The notes under the pieces are model-generated. The model did not search any database. It was given only the letters and a program-made list of their open reading frames with translations, and was not told where the DNA came from. The position numbers and the translations under genes are program-made. From an uncultured Nitrospiraceae bacterium (GTDB taxonomy: Bacteria > Nitrospirota > Nitrospiria > Nitrospirales > Nitrospiraceae), in NCBI GenBank assembly GCA_963706325.1, contig CAVPLT010000003.1:1-64000 (forward strand): a DNA stretch of 64,000 bases, read 5' to 3'. Of this stretch, positions 20,921-31,187 are shown piece after piece. The first letter of the stretch is position 1. Each line of letters starts with the position of its first letter.

Positions 20921-21757
20921 TCACGGAATGCCCCCAGTCCTACTACGCTTGCCCCATGCGAGTAGTCCCACAAATCCAGAACCGAAAATCAGGAGAGTCA
21001 TCGGCTCGGGCGCCGAAACTGATCCCGCTACAGGAATGCCGAAGATTGCATCAGGACGCGTAGCCGTATCATGAAATTCGATCTCAAAGCCCCCATTTCC
21101 AATAAGAGGCCCACTCGATGATTGGTACCCAAAAAGCGGACTGGTTAAGCCCGGTGCCAGTCCCTGTGAGCTTTGCGCTGACGTAAATGCCCAGTCAAGT
21201 TGCCTTTGCGGAATGAGGGCTGTCGATATCGTGACCCGCTGGGCATCTGACACCGTACTCCCGGCAAAGCCCAGTGCTTTGGAGCCGTCGAGATTTTTGC
21301 CCGGTCCGTCTCCCACACACAACGGACCTGAGAGCGAGCAACTCGACTGAGAGGAGGAACCAGTGGCACTCACGGCCAGGCCTTGATCGACAAATCCTAA
21401 GCGGAGGTTACCATTATCGAACGATCCCACTGTCGTGGCTTTCACCGAATCGGGCCCCACGAAATCGAATACTCGTGGTCCTGAATTATTGGCGATCTGA
21501 TAGAGGTACGTAAATTGATGGGAGTCTAAATTCGTCGCGCCTGTACCGGGTCGGTACGAATCGGACAGGAGGCTAAGAAAAGAATCGCCGGGGGTTAACA
21601 CCGCAAAGTTGACGACCACATCCCCACCTCTCACAAGACCTTGACTGTAGCCGGTGAAATCTTCCAGTGCGACAGCGTGGCAAGGTACAGAAAGAGGAGG
21701 AGCCAACGACAGTGCCATTGATACACAGAATACAGCAACCGGCATTTTGGATGTCAT
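20921..21757 (-). CDS. PEP-CTERM sorting-domain surface protein
   Basis: Signal peptide; Ser/Gly/Thr-rich body; C-terminal APEPMTLLIFGSGFVGLLAWGKRSR. Confidence 0.85.
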   Translation of the reverse strand: MTSKMPVAVFCVSMALSLAPPLSVPCHAVALEDFTGYSQGLVRGGDVVVNFAVLTPGDSFLSLLSDSYRPGTGATNLDSHQFTYLYQIANNSGPRVFDFVGPDSVKATTVGSFDNGNLRLGFVDQGLAVSATGSSSQSSCSLSGPLCVGDGPGKNLDGSKALGFAGSTVSDAQRVTISTALIPQRQLDWAFTSAQSSQGLAPGLTSPLFGYQSSSGPLIGNGGFEIEFHDTATRPDAIFGIPVAGSVSAPEPMTLLIFGSGFVGLLAWGKRSRTGGIP

Positions 21758-22471
21758 GCCTGCACCTCCCGGTTTTGAATCGCAAGGCTGCCAATGGTTC
21801 CGGAATACTAGCATAGTGCCGCCCTATCAATGAATCATCCCCTTTGTGAATAAACGCTAGGGCAAACATATTACTGGTATTCTTGCAGGAAGTAGCGCAC
21901 ATGTTCGGTAATTATGATGAGTATCCGATAAGTGCAGGAGGCCGGAAGAATCGACGGTACCAGGATCTATCCAGTCCTAATTGGAGCCGATAAGGGCAGA
22001 CTACAGGGCGGACTTGCGGTGAATCACGTCTGGTAGCTGCCCCGAGGATGTGAAAGTACGCTTCGATTTTGAGCGACCGGATGTGGGTTGCTGGGTGGCC
22101 CCGAGCCGTTTCGTCGCAAGCTTCGCGCCCTTCACGAGAGCCTGCTTGACTGACTCGCTGCGGCGCGGTTCGGTGACCGCCAGAATTGCTTGAGCTTCAG
22201 CTCGTTGGTCCCGCGTGTAGGAGGGGCCTCGGAGGAGAGGGCGCACAAGACTTCTAGTTCGACGTGGCTTCGGCAAAACCAGCACCCACCTTCTTCTTCG
22301 ACTGCAGTTAATTAGTGCATCCCTTGCAAGCCGACTCATCAACCGCGTCACGCGGACTATGCAGACGGCCCATGCTAGACCTTACGTGAAACGGAGGCTG
22401 ATCAAAATTGCTCTGTCAGGGGACGGAACCTATGCGGGTTTCCTGGGAATGTGAACTAAGGGAGGAGAGCA

Positions 22472-23128
22472 TCAGTCATGCAACACGATGTTCAAGAGGG
22501 AGCTGTGAATGTGCAGGCCGCCGCTGTTGTATTGGATTAGGCCAAGCTTTCGGAACTTATTCATGAAGAAACTGATGCGTGACCGCGTGGTGCCGACCAT
22601 CTCGGCCAGTGTTTCCTGGCTAATCTTCGCGATGACTGGTTCTGGCTTGCCCTCCTTTCCGAAATGGGCTAACAGCAACAGCACGCGGGCCAAGCGCTTC
22701 TCGCTGGAATTGAAGAGTTGATCTACGAGGTCGGCCTCGATGCGAGCGTTGCGAGAGAGGAGATACGCCATAAAGAGCTCTGAGAAGGTGGATTCGTCGT
22801 GGAGGACTTGGATCATAGCGGTTTTATCGATACGCACAATCGTTGAGGCGTCAAGGGCCCTAGCGGAAGCCATGCGCAGCGGTTGTCCGGCCAGACAGCT
22901 TTCCCCAAAAAAGTTCGTACGCTCCAGAATGGCGACGACCGCCTCCTTGCCCTTTGCTGAGACCACGGTCAACTTCACCCGTCCCTCCTGAATGTAAAAG
23001 ACCGAGTCAGCGGTATCGCCCTGGGAAAACAGGACGTCATTCTTCTTCGAATAGAGAAAAGTCTTTCCGCTGCCCACTTTGGCCAGGAAGGCGGTGGGGT
23101 TGAATGCGGTGGAGGGTGTGCGTGCCAT
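22472..23128 (-). CDS. Crp/Fnr-family transcriptional regulator
   Basis: cNMP-binding domain (FFGESCL...RMASA), SEKRLARVLL, SQETLAEMVGTTRSR HTH. Confidence 0.93.
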   Translation of the reverse strand: MARTPSTAFNPTAFLAKVGSGKTFLYSKKNDVLFSQGDTADSVFYIQEGRVKLTVVSAKGKEAVVAILERTNFFGESCLAGQPLRMASARALDASTIVRIDKTAMIQVLHDESTFSELFMAYLLSRNARIEADLVDQLFNSSEKRLARVLLLLAHFGKEGKPEPVIAKISQETLAEMVGTTRSRISFFMNKFRKLGLIQYNSGGLHIHSSLLNIVLHD

Positions 23129-23388
23129 ACGTGTCCTGTCTGGGTGGGCGGTAGCTGAATTAAGCTCAGAGTCTCATTTTTTAATGCCTTAGTTAGGTGA
23201 GGATATACTAACTCTGGATCCCCTGTTCTCGCAATAACAGCTGCTACCCGGCCTTCCCCTGCATTTCTTGAAGTGGTCTATTTTGACCAGTCAGTTTGCC
23301 CCCGTCATGGGTAGAATGATGGCGTCAAAACTTCGATCCTGGAGTTAGTCTGAGAGAAAACAGTGACGGATAAGAAGGAGAATCGACC

Positions 23389-23613
23389 ATGTTGTGTGCA
23401 CGCTGTGGCGGTCTGCTCATGCAGAACTGGTGGGACTCTAAGGGGAGTGTCCAAGAACGAATGCCGAGTACGCGATGCGTGAACTGTGGCTGCATCAATG
23501 ACCCGGTAATTCTGGCGAACAGGCGGCCGTTGCACCGCGCCCGAATAACGCTAACCCGCGACTGCACGAACTCCGTAAAGTTATCGATACCTTCTCCACA
23601 GGGGAAAATGTAG
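23389..23613 (+). CDS. Small CxxC...CxxC zinc-ribbon-like protein
   Basis: AAGGAG RBS; MLCARCGGLL...RCVNCGCINDPVILANR. Confidence 0.7.
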   Translation: MLCARCGGLLMQNWWDSKGSVQERMPSTRCVNCGCINDPVILANRRPLHRARITLTRDCTNSVKLSIPSPQGKM

Positions 23614-23804
23614 CTCTGACATGCCATTCCGAAAGAGTCAAGGGTAGGCAAAATCAGAATACCCTTCAGCAGACTGAGCAGCGGCTGCAAAGGTTTTCTT
23701 GCCATCACACTGGTCACATTACGTGCCTTCCTAGCGAGTTAATTGCCACGGTGGTCGCTTCCTTGCCCGAATAATAACCAGTATGAAGAAATTCGAGGAT
23801 AATC

Positions 23805-25124
23805 ATGGCTGAAGTCACAGTTTCCCCCCAGGTACTCACTCCCGCCCAGCGTTCCGAGTCTCACTTGCTGGCGCAATACGCCATCACCCTGGTCTTGGCA
23901 GAGTCCGCCACCCTGCAGGAGGCCATTCCGGCCATTCTACGAAGCATAGGCGAAAGCCTCGGCTGGCACTTGACCCTATTTTGGAAAGTGGATGAACAGA
24001 CGAGTGCGTTGCGGTTTGCCAGCCTCTGGCATCACTCGAAGATCGACGCATCTGGATTCATTGCAGACAGCCGAGACCGACCCATTCAGCACGAGGGAGA
24101 ACTGATTGAACGTGTCTGGAAAACTGGCAAGCCGTTTTGGGCTCCCGACATTGTCCTGGAAACCGGGTTCCGCCGAGCATCAATCGCGGCCCGCGCGGGT
24201 CTCCATGGCTGGTGCGCCTTTCCGGTTCGAAAAGGCAACCGGATTTATGGCGTCATTGAATGCTTCAGCCCTGAGATCCGCCAGCCGGATCATGCAGTGC
24301 TGCATATGATGGCCGACATCGGCATTAAGATTGGTCAATTTGTCGATCGTAAGGAGACTGAGGTAGCGCTTCGCATTTTGGAGGCGCATGACGAGGAAGA
24401 GGCCCGGTTGGCTGAAGTGGCACGCGTATTGGGAGACATCGCACACGACATCAAAAATATGCTGATGCCAGTCGTCTCAGGGACGTCCCTTCTGGAGGAG
24501 GAACTCAACGAGTGCTACGGGCGCATGCCGCAACCGGTGACGGCCGCCGTGACAACGAGCCGTGAGCTGACAAAGGAGCTGATCGAGATGATTCAGAACG
24601 GATCCCGGCGGATTCAACATCGGGTCGGAGAATTTGCCGACTCCATCAAGGGACATACTCGCTCTCCGCACATTGCTCCCTGTCACATGGCCAAGCTAGT
24701 GTCGAGCGTGTATGCCATCCTTCAAATCCCTGCCAAGGAATGCGGCATTACCCTTTGCGTCGAGGGCCTCGACAGATTGCCCATGATTCAAGCGGATGAG
24801 AGCCAGCTGTTCAATGCCTTTTACAACTTAGTTAATAATGCCTTGGCGGAGGTCCCGCCCGATGGCTCAATCACCGTTAAGGGCCAAACGGAACCCGGCG
24901 GGAGGAGGATTATGGTGTCGGTCGTCGACACCGGAAAGGGCATGCCGCCCGAAATCCGGGAAAGTCTGTTTACCTACCATGCGATTAGCCGAAAGGTTGG
25001 AGGCACCGGACTTGGAACAAAAATTGTGAAGGATGTGATCGACGCGCATCAAGGGGAAATAACCGTGGAGAGTGAGCCAGGTGTCGGAACCTCGTTCCAT
25101 ATCACGTTACCGGTGGGGGGATAG
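23805..25124 (+). CDS. Cytoplasmic GAF histidine kinase (third paralogue)
   Basis: GAF; EEARLAEVARVLGDIAHDIKN; NAFYNLVNNA; GTGLGTKIVKDV. Confidence 0.92.
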   Translation: MAEVTVSPQVLTPAQRSESHLLAQYAITLVLAESATLQEAIPAILRSIGESLGWHLTLFWKVDEQTSALRFASLWHHSKIDASGFIADSRDRPIQHEGELIERVWKTGKPFWAPDIVLETGFRRASIAARAGLHGWCAFPVRKGNRIYGVIECFSPEIRQPDHAVLHMMADIGIKIGQFVDRKETEVALRILEAHDEEEARLAEVARVLGDIAHDIKNMLMPVVSGTSLLEEELNECYGRMPQPVTAAVTTSRELTKELIEMIQNGSRRIQHRVGEFADSIKGHTRSPHIAPCHMAKLVSSVYAILQIPAKECGITLCVEGLDRLPMIQADESQLFNAFYNLVNNALAEVPPDGSITVKGQTEPGGRRIMVSVVDTGKGMPPEIRESLFTYHAISRKVGGTGLGTKIVKDVIDAHQGEITVESEPGVGTSFHITLPVGG

Positions 25125-25285
25125 GATGCGCAGCTCGCGCGAGGACATCTTCCGCCGTACGCTCTCTTTCCCCTCTTCCTCCCGCTGTCAGCCAGAACCC
25201 CCGTTTGAGCACACCCACAAGTAAGGCATGCTTCTCGGCCTGCCAGGTCTGAAGAAAGCGGGCCAGCCAACCGCCCACGAGTTAG

Positions 25286-25468
25286 TTACTTCTCTTCTCG
25301 GATTGCTGCTTTTACTTTCGCCCTAAGCTCCGGGGTGACCTCCCGAATCCCATGTTGTTTGGCGTGTTCCGCGGCATTCTTGAGCACTTCCTCTTCGGTC
25401 TGACCACGGACCACATGCTTGCATCCCGACGACGGATCGACTGTGGAACATTCAACAATCTTAGCCAT
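25286..25468 (-). CDS. DUF1059 family small metal-binding protein
   Basis: ECSTVDPSSGCKHVVRGQTEEEVLKNAAEHAKQHG; GGAGG RBS. Confidence 0.85.
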   Translation of the reverse strand: MAKIVECSTVDPSSGCKHVVRGQTEEEVLKNAAEHAKQHGIREVTPELRAKVKAAIREEK

Positions 25469-25816
25469 GATGACAACCTCCTCCGTGCCATATTTGTGGC
25501 CACGAAGGATTGTCCGCGAAAAAACGGGGTAGAGTCAATTGTCCATTTCGTCATTTTTATCGGCCAGCTTCGCATCCCGAGAAGGAGATACCGGTTCTGG
25601 AAGGCTGGCGACTGTGGTGGCAGTCCGCTTACCGGCAGAAAGTGTGGGCGCTGGTATCCACTGGAGGACGACCCAAGCGTTCACGATTTTTTAAACGCCC
25701 CGGCGGAGTGGCTCACTCAACGACTCAGTCGGCGCGATGGTCCTGATGAGGGAGAGCATATCAATCATTTGCTGATCCGCGATTTGTTCGTCCCATGTCG
25801 GCGTCTCTTCGTCTGA

Positions 25817-26041
25817 TCACAAATCAGGTCCGGTTCTACCCGGATCCCACAAGGCGACCAGTTTGGCTTTATGGGCAAGGGCGATATGCCGTGCCTCGGA
25901 CTGAGAGGTATAGCCCTCCCGCTGGACGGTCCGGCTGTCGTACGCAACAGTGGGACTCAGAGGCACCTCTGCCTTCAATGTTAGGATGCGATAGTGCCAT
26001 CTATGTTGCACCTGGAATAAATCCAGATCGTATTGAGCCAC
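25817..26041 (-). CDS. Hypothetical protein
   Basis: 74-aa ORF co-directional with its neighbours; no family recognised. Confidence 0.45.
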   Translation of the reverse strand: MAQYDLDLFQVQHRWHYRILTLKAEVPLSPTVAYDSRTVQREGYTSQSEARHIALAHKAKLVALWDPGRTGPDL

Positions 26042-26179
26042 GATAGTGTGTCAATGGGTCAGTGATGAATGATATGAGTGCACGGTGCACTTCCCGCCCA
26101 CGCTATTCCGAGATGTCCTCCAGGACGAGTCCATCTAGTCTGCGTCTCGCCCACGCTTGCACACAGCCCAACCGCCGCG

Positions 26180-26560
26180 CTAGAAGGCACGATAGACGGC
26201 CAGGAGATCACTCAGCGCCACCGTCTTCGTCTGGAAGATGACCCGCTGCGCCCCCAACACATCGAGCGCGGCCACTTTTTCGGTGCCTCCCAGGATGGCC
26301 TTCGCACCCAGGGTGAGCACCCGCTCGCATTCTTTTTCCACCTTGCCTTTTACGACTGGGTTCACCTTCAGTATCTCCAGCATTTCTGCCCGAGTTGAGG
26401 CCAAATTCTCCTGAAGTTCTACCTCAGGAGAGTCCTTGCGTACCGTCTCGCTATCGCATCTATCAATGTATTGAGTCAGAAAGACGTACAACCGTACGAA
26501 GGTTTCCGCGATGTTGATGTGTTGCGCAGTCAATTCCTTCTGAAGCATTGGCGCTTCCAT
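26180..26560 (-). CDS. Hypothetical helical protein
   Basis: 126-aa ORF with protein-like composition. Confidence 0.65.
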   Translation of the reverse strand: MEAPMLQKELTAQHINIAETFVRLYVFLTQYIDRCDSETVRKDSPEVELQENLASTRAEMLEILKVNPVVKGKVEKECERVLTLGAKAILGGTEKVAALDVLGAQRVIFQTKTVALSDLLAVYRAF

Positions 26561-26619
26561 GAGGTGCTGAGGGACGTCGCGGTCAGTTTCGCAGAGTGCT
26601 ATCGCTGATGATTACCGTC

Positions 26620-26868
26620 TTAGAGGTCTTCGGCATAAATCTCAAAAAAGGCATCGACACTTTCGAGCAATTGGGCTTTGATTTGGGCTGGTGTCCCGTT
26701 GATGACATGCACAGCCATCGTTCCTACTGATCCGTTTGGAAGCGTGACGGGGACGTGGGAATGGCTGAATTCTGTGCCCGTTCCCCGATCCAGCCGCATG
26801 CCATAGCCGAGCGTAAATTCCGGCCCGCTCTTGGGCGTTCCGTTCTGTGGGGGTACATCCACGAACAC
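26620..26868 (-). CDS. Hypothetical protein
   Basis: GGAGG-preceded GTG; 82 aa. Confidence 0.6.
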   Translation of the reverse strand: MFVDVPPQNGTPKSGPEFTLGYGMRLDRGTGTEFSHSHVPVTLPNGSVGTMAVHVINGTPAQIKAQLLESVDAFFEIYAEDL

Positions 26869-26904
26869 ACCTCCTTCCAGGTCGATCTATGACCCTTCTC
26901 CCTT

Positions 26905-27036
26905 TTACTTCTTATAATCGGCTAAAGCCGTCTTGATGGCATCTTCTGCCAATACGAAGCACTGAATCTTGTCCGGCGGCAAATTCAGCTCCTGCAAAAT
27001 GTCCGTGTTCTTGATCCGCGCGTCTTCTTCTACGAA
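26905..27036 (-). pseudogene. iscU: C-terminal fragment of the Fe-S scaffold IscU
   Basis: VEEDARIKNTDILQELNLPPDKIQCFVLAEDAIKTALADYKK* matches the IscU LPPVKIHC...LAEDAIK signature; not in the ORF track. Confidence 0.8.
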
Positions 27037-27099
27037 CTATACGCACGGCTTCGCTTGAAGTGGACAGCCTGTAGTGGAACACTTGGCACCGATCCGGCA

Positions 27100-27318
27100 T
27101 TACCGTCCTCGGTTTAAGGAATTGGATCCTATAAATTCGGCCGGCGCGAGCGAGCTCCGCAGCTCGTCCAGGTGTTCCTGCATCTCTTCCAGGACATGGC
27201 CAATTCGTTTGGCTGAACAGTGACGGAGCTGGTGGAGGTTCCTCCCCGTCCAGATGCGAGGAGCACTGCGGATGGGCGAATGTAAAGTCATTACATACGT
27301 CTGCGGTGTCTTCTTCAT
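27100..27318 (-). CDS. Hypothetical protein
   Basis: AAGGAGG RBS; 72 aa. Confidence 0.45.
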   Translation of the reverse strand: MKKTPQTYVMTLHSPIRSAPRIWTGRNLHQLRHCSAKRIGHVLEEMQEHLDELRSSLAPAEFIGSNSLNRGR

Positions 27319-27480
27319 GTCGTCCTCCTTGAAATGGCCCCCTGGATCGGGCCTTTAGGAACATCATTGCGCCCGATTGACCTGGTTTCGAGTCCACGAG
27401 TAACGACAGGAGATCACTCAGGACTATCTATGCTGTTCAAGCTAAGGCATAAGAGCGCTGTTTTGACAGCGTCATAGAGT

Positions 27481-27825
27481 TTAGCTCCAGGTGCGGTGTT
27501 GTTCACTCACATGCTCGGCACCATCTTTTTTCAGGATGACCCACTCTACGTCATCGGGAATAGTCACGATCTTGAGTTCCGCACAGTGCCCGTTGGCCTC
27601 TCCGCGCAACTCCTCCACCACTTGCACAAGTCGTTGGTCATCGCGGGGAATCAGCATCCCGCATCGATTGAGACTTGGCTCCTGAGGACTGGCGGCCTCA
27701 GGCCAGTAGGCCCCGTGATCCGTTTCCCTTAAGGCATCCGGCTGCCCTAACTCCCGCAACCGAAGGAATGCCTTATGGCTCACACAAAACCGGTCGTAAC
27801 TTGTATTGATAACGATTTGGGCCAT
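27481..27825 (-). CDS. Hypothetical protein (resembles small phage-associated proteins)
   Basis: IVINTSY...RDDQRLVQVVEEL...ANG...LKIVTIPDDVEW...EHVSEQHRTW. Confidence 0.7.
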   Translation of the reverse strand: MAQIVINTSYDRFCVSHKAFLRLRELGQPDALRETDHGAYWPEAASPQEPSLNRCGMLIPRDDQRLVQVVEELRGEANGHCAELKIVTIPDDVEWVILKKDGAEHVSEQHRTWS

Positions 27826-27905
27826 ATGCCACTCTCTTTCTGTTGCTCACACGGAAACGTGTGAGGTAGATCGCCAACATGCCCGACTCTTGATAGGGAC
27901 CAGGG

Positions 27906-28151
27906 TTAGGAGGAAGCCAACTCGGGGTCTTTATAGCCGATGTAGTTTCCCGTCCAATGCGAATATCGGCGATTGACCCAGGTGCTCACTTCGTCCTTCT
28001 TCGTCTCCCCATAGCGCTTGAGAACAATGTCGGTAAACGTCGTGAGATTCCCCTGGATCTCTTTGAGATCGGCATCAGTAATTTTCTCCCACTTGGCTTT
28101 CAAGGGAGCCCTTAGCTGTGACCAAAATTGCTGAAACTGTTCTTGTATCAT
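27906..28151 (-). CDS. CsbD-like general stress protein
   Basis: WSQLRAPLKAKWEKITDADL...RYG; AAGGAG RBS. Confidence 0.75.
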   Translation of the reverse strand: MIQEQFQQFWSQLRAPLKAKWEKITDADLKEIQGNLTTFTDIVLKRYGETKKDEVSTWVNRRYSHWTGNYIGYKDPELASS

Positions 28152-28196
28152 TGCGTGCTCCTTGGGGTGCTGGGTTGCCTCGAAAGGCAACTCGTA

Positions 28197-28493
28197 TTAG
28201 AACTGGGGGGCGCCTTGATCTGTTTTTCTGATCCCTTCCTCTCCTTGACAGGTGCGTTCCGCCAACATGCGCTGTCCAACACTAGCCTTGTCGGGGATTC
28301 TCGCGAGGCAAGCTTTCAGCGTGTCCTCCACGGCCCCCGATGCCACATCGCTGTGCTTGTCCAGGGGAGCGGTAATCATGGCGCCCTTCACGTGCGTATC
28401 CTCCGCATGGGTGCGAAACGGGGAGAGCGAGAATGCGAGCAATAGCACGGATGAGCATAGGATCGACCGTTTTACGAAGACATGAGTTCTCAT
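28197..28493 (-). CDS. Small exported protein with two Cys
   Basis: Signal peptide; DTLKACLARIP...LAERTC. Confidence 0.65.
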   Translation of the reverse strand: MRTHVFVKRSILCSSVLLLAFSLSPFRTHAEDTHVKGAMITAPLDKHSDVASGAVEDTLKACLARIPDKASVGQRMLAERTCQGEEGIRKTDQGAPQF

Positions 28494-28659
28494 AGCATGC
28501 ACCTCAATTCGTGGCCGCGTGTTCACATTTCATAGCGGGCCATTCCATGAAACGAATACAACTTACTTTTGAGATAGACTCGTAAAATCTTGCGTTCACG
28601 TGCAGTCAGAGGAAGGTGATCACGACATTAGGCACTCTAGAGCCGTCCCATAGATTCGC

Positions 28660-28863
28660 CTAGCCCGCGGGGCAAACAACAAAGGATCCCTGACCGTCCG
28701 CAATCATCAATAATCGATGGCCCAAGCGAAGTTGATTCACTTCCCGGAGGACTTGTTCCCACGTGAACTCTGGAAAGAGGAGCACCAAGTCGTCCATGCG
28801 ACCTCCTGGAGCCCGGCTGATCGCCTCGAAAATTCGATCCCCGATGGCCCGTTTAAGTGTCAT
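28660..28863 (-). CDS. Small winged-helix-like hypothetical protein
   Basis: GGAG RBS; MDDLVLLFPEFTWEQVLREVNQL. Confidence 0.6.
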   Translation of the reverse strand: MTLKRAIGDRIFEAISRAPGGRMDDLVLLFPEFTWEQVLREVNQLRLGHRLLMIADGQGSFVVCPAG

Positions 28864-29065
28864 GGCTGCATCTCCCCACTAGGCCAGCGATACCCACAAC
28901 CCCAGGCTACACCCAGAGCCGCAGCTTGGCTGGTCACTATTGCTCAGTTTTGCAAATAGCTTCGAGCGTAGAATATTTCATCTCATCGCACCCGCAGGCG
29001 TAACACAACCCAGCGAACTGCGTACTGACGCGTCACTGGCATCGAATTTCGACCTGTGACACAAA

Positions 29066-29565
29066 CCGAAACCACTCAAAATGCTCTTGATTGCCTGCCA
29101 CCTGGGACAGCGCTTTAGGGAGATCACCAATTTGATGTGGTATCGGGTTGACCTTCAGCGGGGTTTGTCACTCTCCGTTCGTTCGACACCAAGACGAAAA
29201 GGCGAGGGAGGCTCCGCTTACTCCTGCCGTACGGGAAGTATTGGGAGACCTACCGAAAGTGCGGCGTCTGGATACGAATCACGTCTTTTTGTATGAGGGT
29301 CACCCCCACCAAGAGCATCAAGGCCGCGTTCAAGAGATCCACACGGCCTTCCAGTGTAGAGGGCTTTCGGTTCCATGACCTCCGGCACTGTGCGGCGACC
29401 AACCTACGAAGGGCTGGAGTCGATACGGCAACCGCCATGCGGATTGTGGGTCACAATTCCGAGAAGATGTGGAAGCGGTACAACGCGATTGACGAGCGGG
29501 ATCTGACGAAGGCCGCGTCTCGACTCCACACGTACCTTGAAGCTAACACGCTAATAACAACGTGC
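29066..29565 (+). pseudogene. Tyrosine integrase remnant (int2)
   Basis: GQRFREI, TKT..AREAPLT, FHDLRHCAATNL, VGHNS...RY spread over three frames; N-terminus missing. Confidence 0.88.
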
Positions 29566-29607
29566 CAGCAGTCTCTCCTCAGTGCAATCTGCAAGTGCCT
29601 GATTTTG

Positions 29608-29652
29608 TGGAGCCGGCGAGTGGAATCGAACCACCGACCTGCGGTTTAGGAA
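29608..29652 (-). mobile_element. att site 2: 3' half of tRNA-Thr, one substitution in the anticodon loop
   Basis: 44 of 45 nt identical to att1 (loop reads TTCCTAA). Confidence 0.88.
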
Positions 29653-29949
29653 TCAGGACAGGACAGTTTTTAAAATGCTCGGTGTTTCAAATGGTTTCCC
29701 CGTTTTAATTGTGGAAACAAATATTTGGGCGCTTTCTAGGGAATTGATGGATTCAGACAAGTTTCAGCACAAATTTAGCACACGGTTTTGGTGTGAACCC
29801 TTCGGGTGAGGCAGGTTGGAATTGGCACACTCGATGGTTCAATAAATGTTGTTCCTCACACCGCCTCTGTTGCTTCAACCTTCTGTGCTCCTCGCGGCAA
29901 AGCGTTTTACGGGGGTGGCGCCGCTTGAGCGTGAGTGTACGGCGGATCT

Positions 29950-30019
29950 ATCGCCGCGAGGGATGCTGAAGAGGCGCCTCGTCTCCTTCTCCTAGTCTTT
30001 GAGTCTAAATAGATCCGAG
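29950..30019. repeat. ~70-bp diverged repeat, copy 1
   Basis: ATCGCCGCG..GCTGAAGAGGCGCCTCGT..GAGTCTA..TAGATCCGAG, also at 38962..39030. Confidence 0.8.
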
Positions 30020-30341
30020 GTCCCCTCGTGTCCGCTGCTATATACCGGGGCTATGCCCAGTTCACCAAAAGCGAAGTCGGGGCTATAGTCACGGGTGGTG
30101 AGCAAACGAGCACGTCATACAGCAGTGCTCCCATGCCCCCGCTTCCGCGTCGCACCGAGCGGCAACCACGCGGACTCCTTACCTCCTGAGCTTGCAGACG
30201 GAACGTCCAATTCCCACGCCTATGGTCGAACCTGCAGAGCATTCTATTCGGTTGTCGCGTCAATTCTTCCACGGACGCAAATCCCACAGAGCCTGACGAT
30301 ACCCTTCGAGTACCAACTCGATCCATTTGAGGATTATATCG

Positions 30342-31187
30342 ATGCAATCAAACTTCATAAACTCGACGCGAACCGACGGTGGCGACATCATCGGCCGCGA
30401 TAAGTGCCCCTGGAACCCACTGTCGGTTGATCCGGTGGCAAGCCAATTCTCGTGCTACGCGGCCTTCCAGGACACGACGGTCGTCAGGCCGCTGGCACCC
30501 CGCGTACCCGTCAACACCGAACTCACCGATGCGCACGATCAACTGAGACAACAGATCTGTGGCGATTCCTACTCGTGCACTGGCGCGACCTCTGTGTTCG
30601 CCCAAAATGCTTACCGTTTCGGATTATTCCCGGAACTTGCGTGCGACGGCGCCGTACGTGCCGTCTGCCACGACCTGTATGAATTCTGCCACGAATTCCC
30701 GATCATGGACGACCAGTTGACGACCTTTATTGCGATGTTCCTGGGACCCGCGATCCAATCAGAACAGCATTTCGAGGATCTGCTTTGGAGACAGCTTCAG
30801 GCCATGCACGCCATTGATTCCGATTTCTTTGCCTGGGACAAGAGCGTCGGCTCCAACCCACAGAACAACAACTTTTCGTTTAGCATCGGTGGTCGAGCGA
30901 TGTTCGTCATCGGCATGCACCCCAAGGCCTCACGTCTCGCACGAACCTTCAGGTATCCGACCATGGTCTTCAACTTACATGCACAGTTCGAGCGCTTGCG
31001 CGCTCGCGGTAAGTTTGAGACCATGCAGCAGATAATCCGGGCACGCGAGATGGCGCTCCAGGGCTCGATCAACCCTATGCTGAAAAACTTCGGCGAACGT
31101 TCCGAGGCGAGTCAATATTCCGGCCGGGCAGTTTCAGACAATTGGTCATGCCCGTTCCACGCACAACAACAAAGGGATGAGACATGA
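30342..31187 (+). CDS. YqcI/YcgG-family haem-dependent guanidine N-hydroxylase-like protein (GntA/DcsA-like)
   Basis: SEQHFEDLLWRQLQ, FSFSIGGRAMFVIGMHPKASRLAR, VFNLHAQFERLR, SEASQYSGR, WSCPF. Confidence 0.8.
   Translation: MQSNFINSTRTDGGDIIGRDKCPWNPLSVDPVASQFSCYAAFQDTTVVRPLAPRVPVNTELTDAHDQLRQQICGDSYSCTGATSVFAQNAYRFGLFPELACDGAVRAVCHDLYEFCHEFPIMDDQLTTFIAMFLGPAIQSEQHFEDLLWRQLQAMHAIDSDFFAWDKSVGSNPQNNNFSFSIGGRAMFVIGMHPKASRLARTFRYPTMVFNLHAQFERLRARGKFETMQQIIRAREMALQGSINPMLKNFGERSEASQYSGRAVSDNWSCPFHAQQQRDET

Noticed and set aside
22001..22351. 116-aa basic ORF downstream of crp
   Set aside because: Arg-rich low-information sequence without RBS or family signal; cannot support it as a gene
26912..27397. 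161-aa minus-strand ORF
   Set aside because: Overlaps a better-supported small ORF and the iscU fragment, which lie in other frames
30020..30341. Guanidine riboswitch upstream of the YqcI/DUF1989 pair
   Set aside because: I could not find paired ACGR-loop hairpins or guanidine-I/III consensus by eye; an Infernal/Rfam search would settle it
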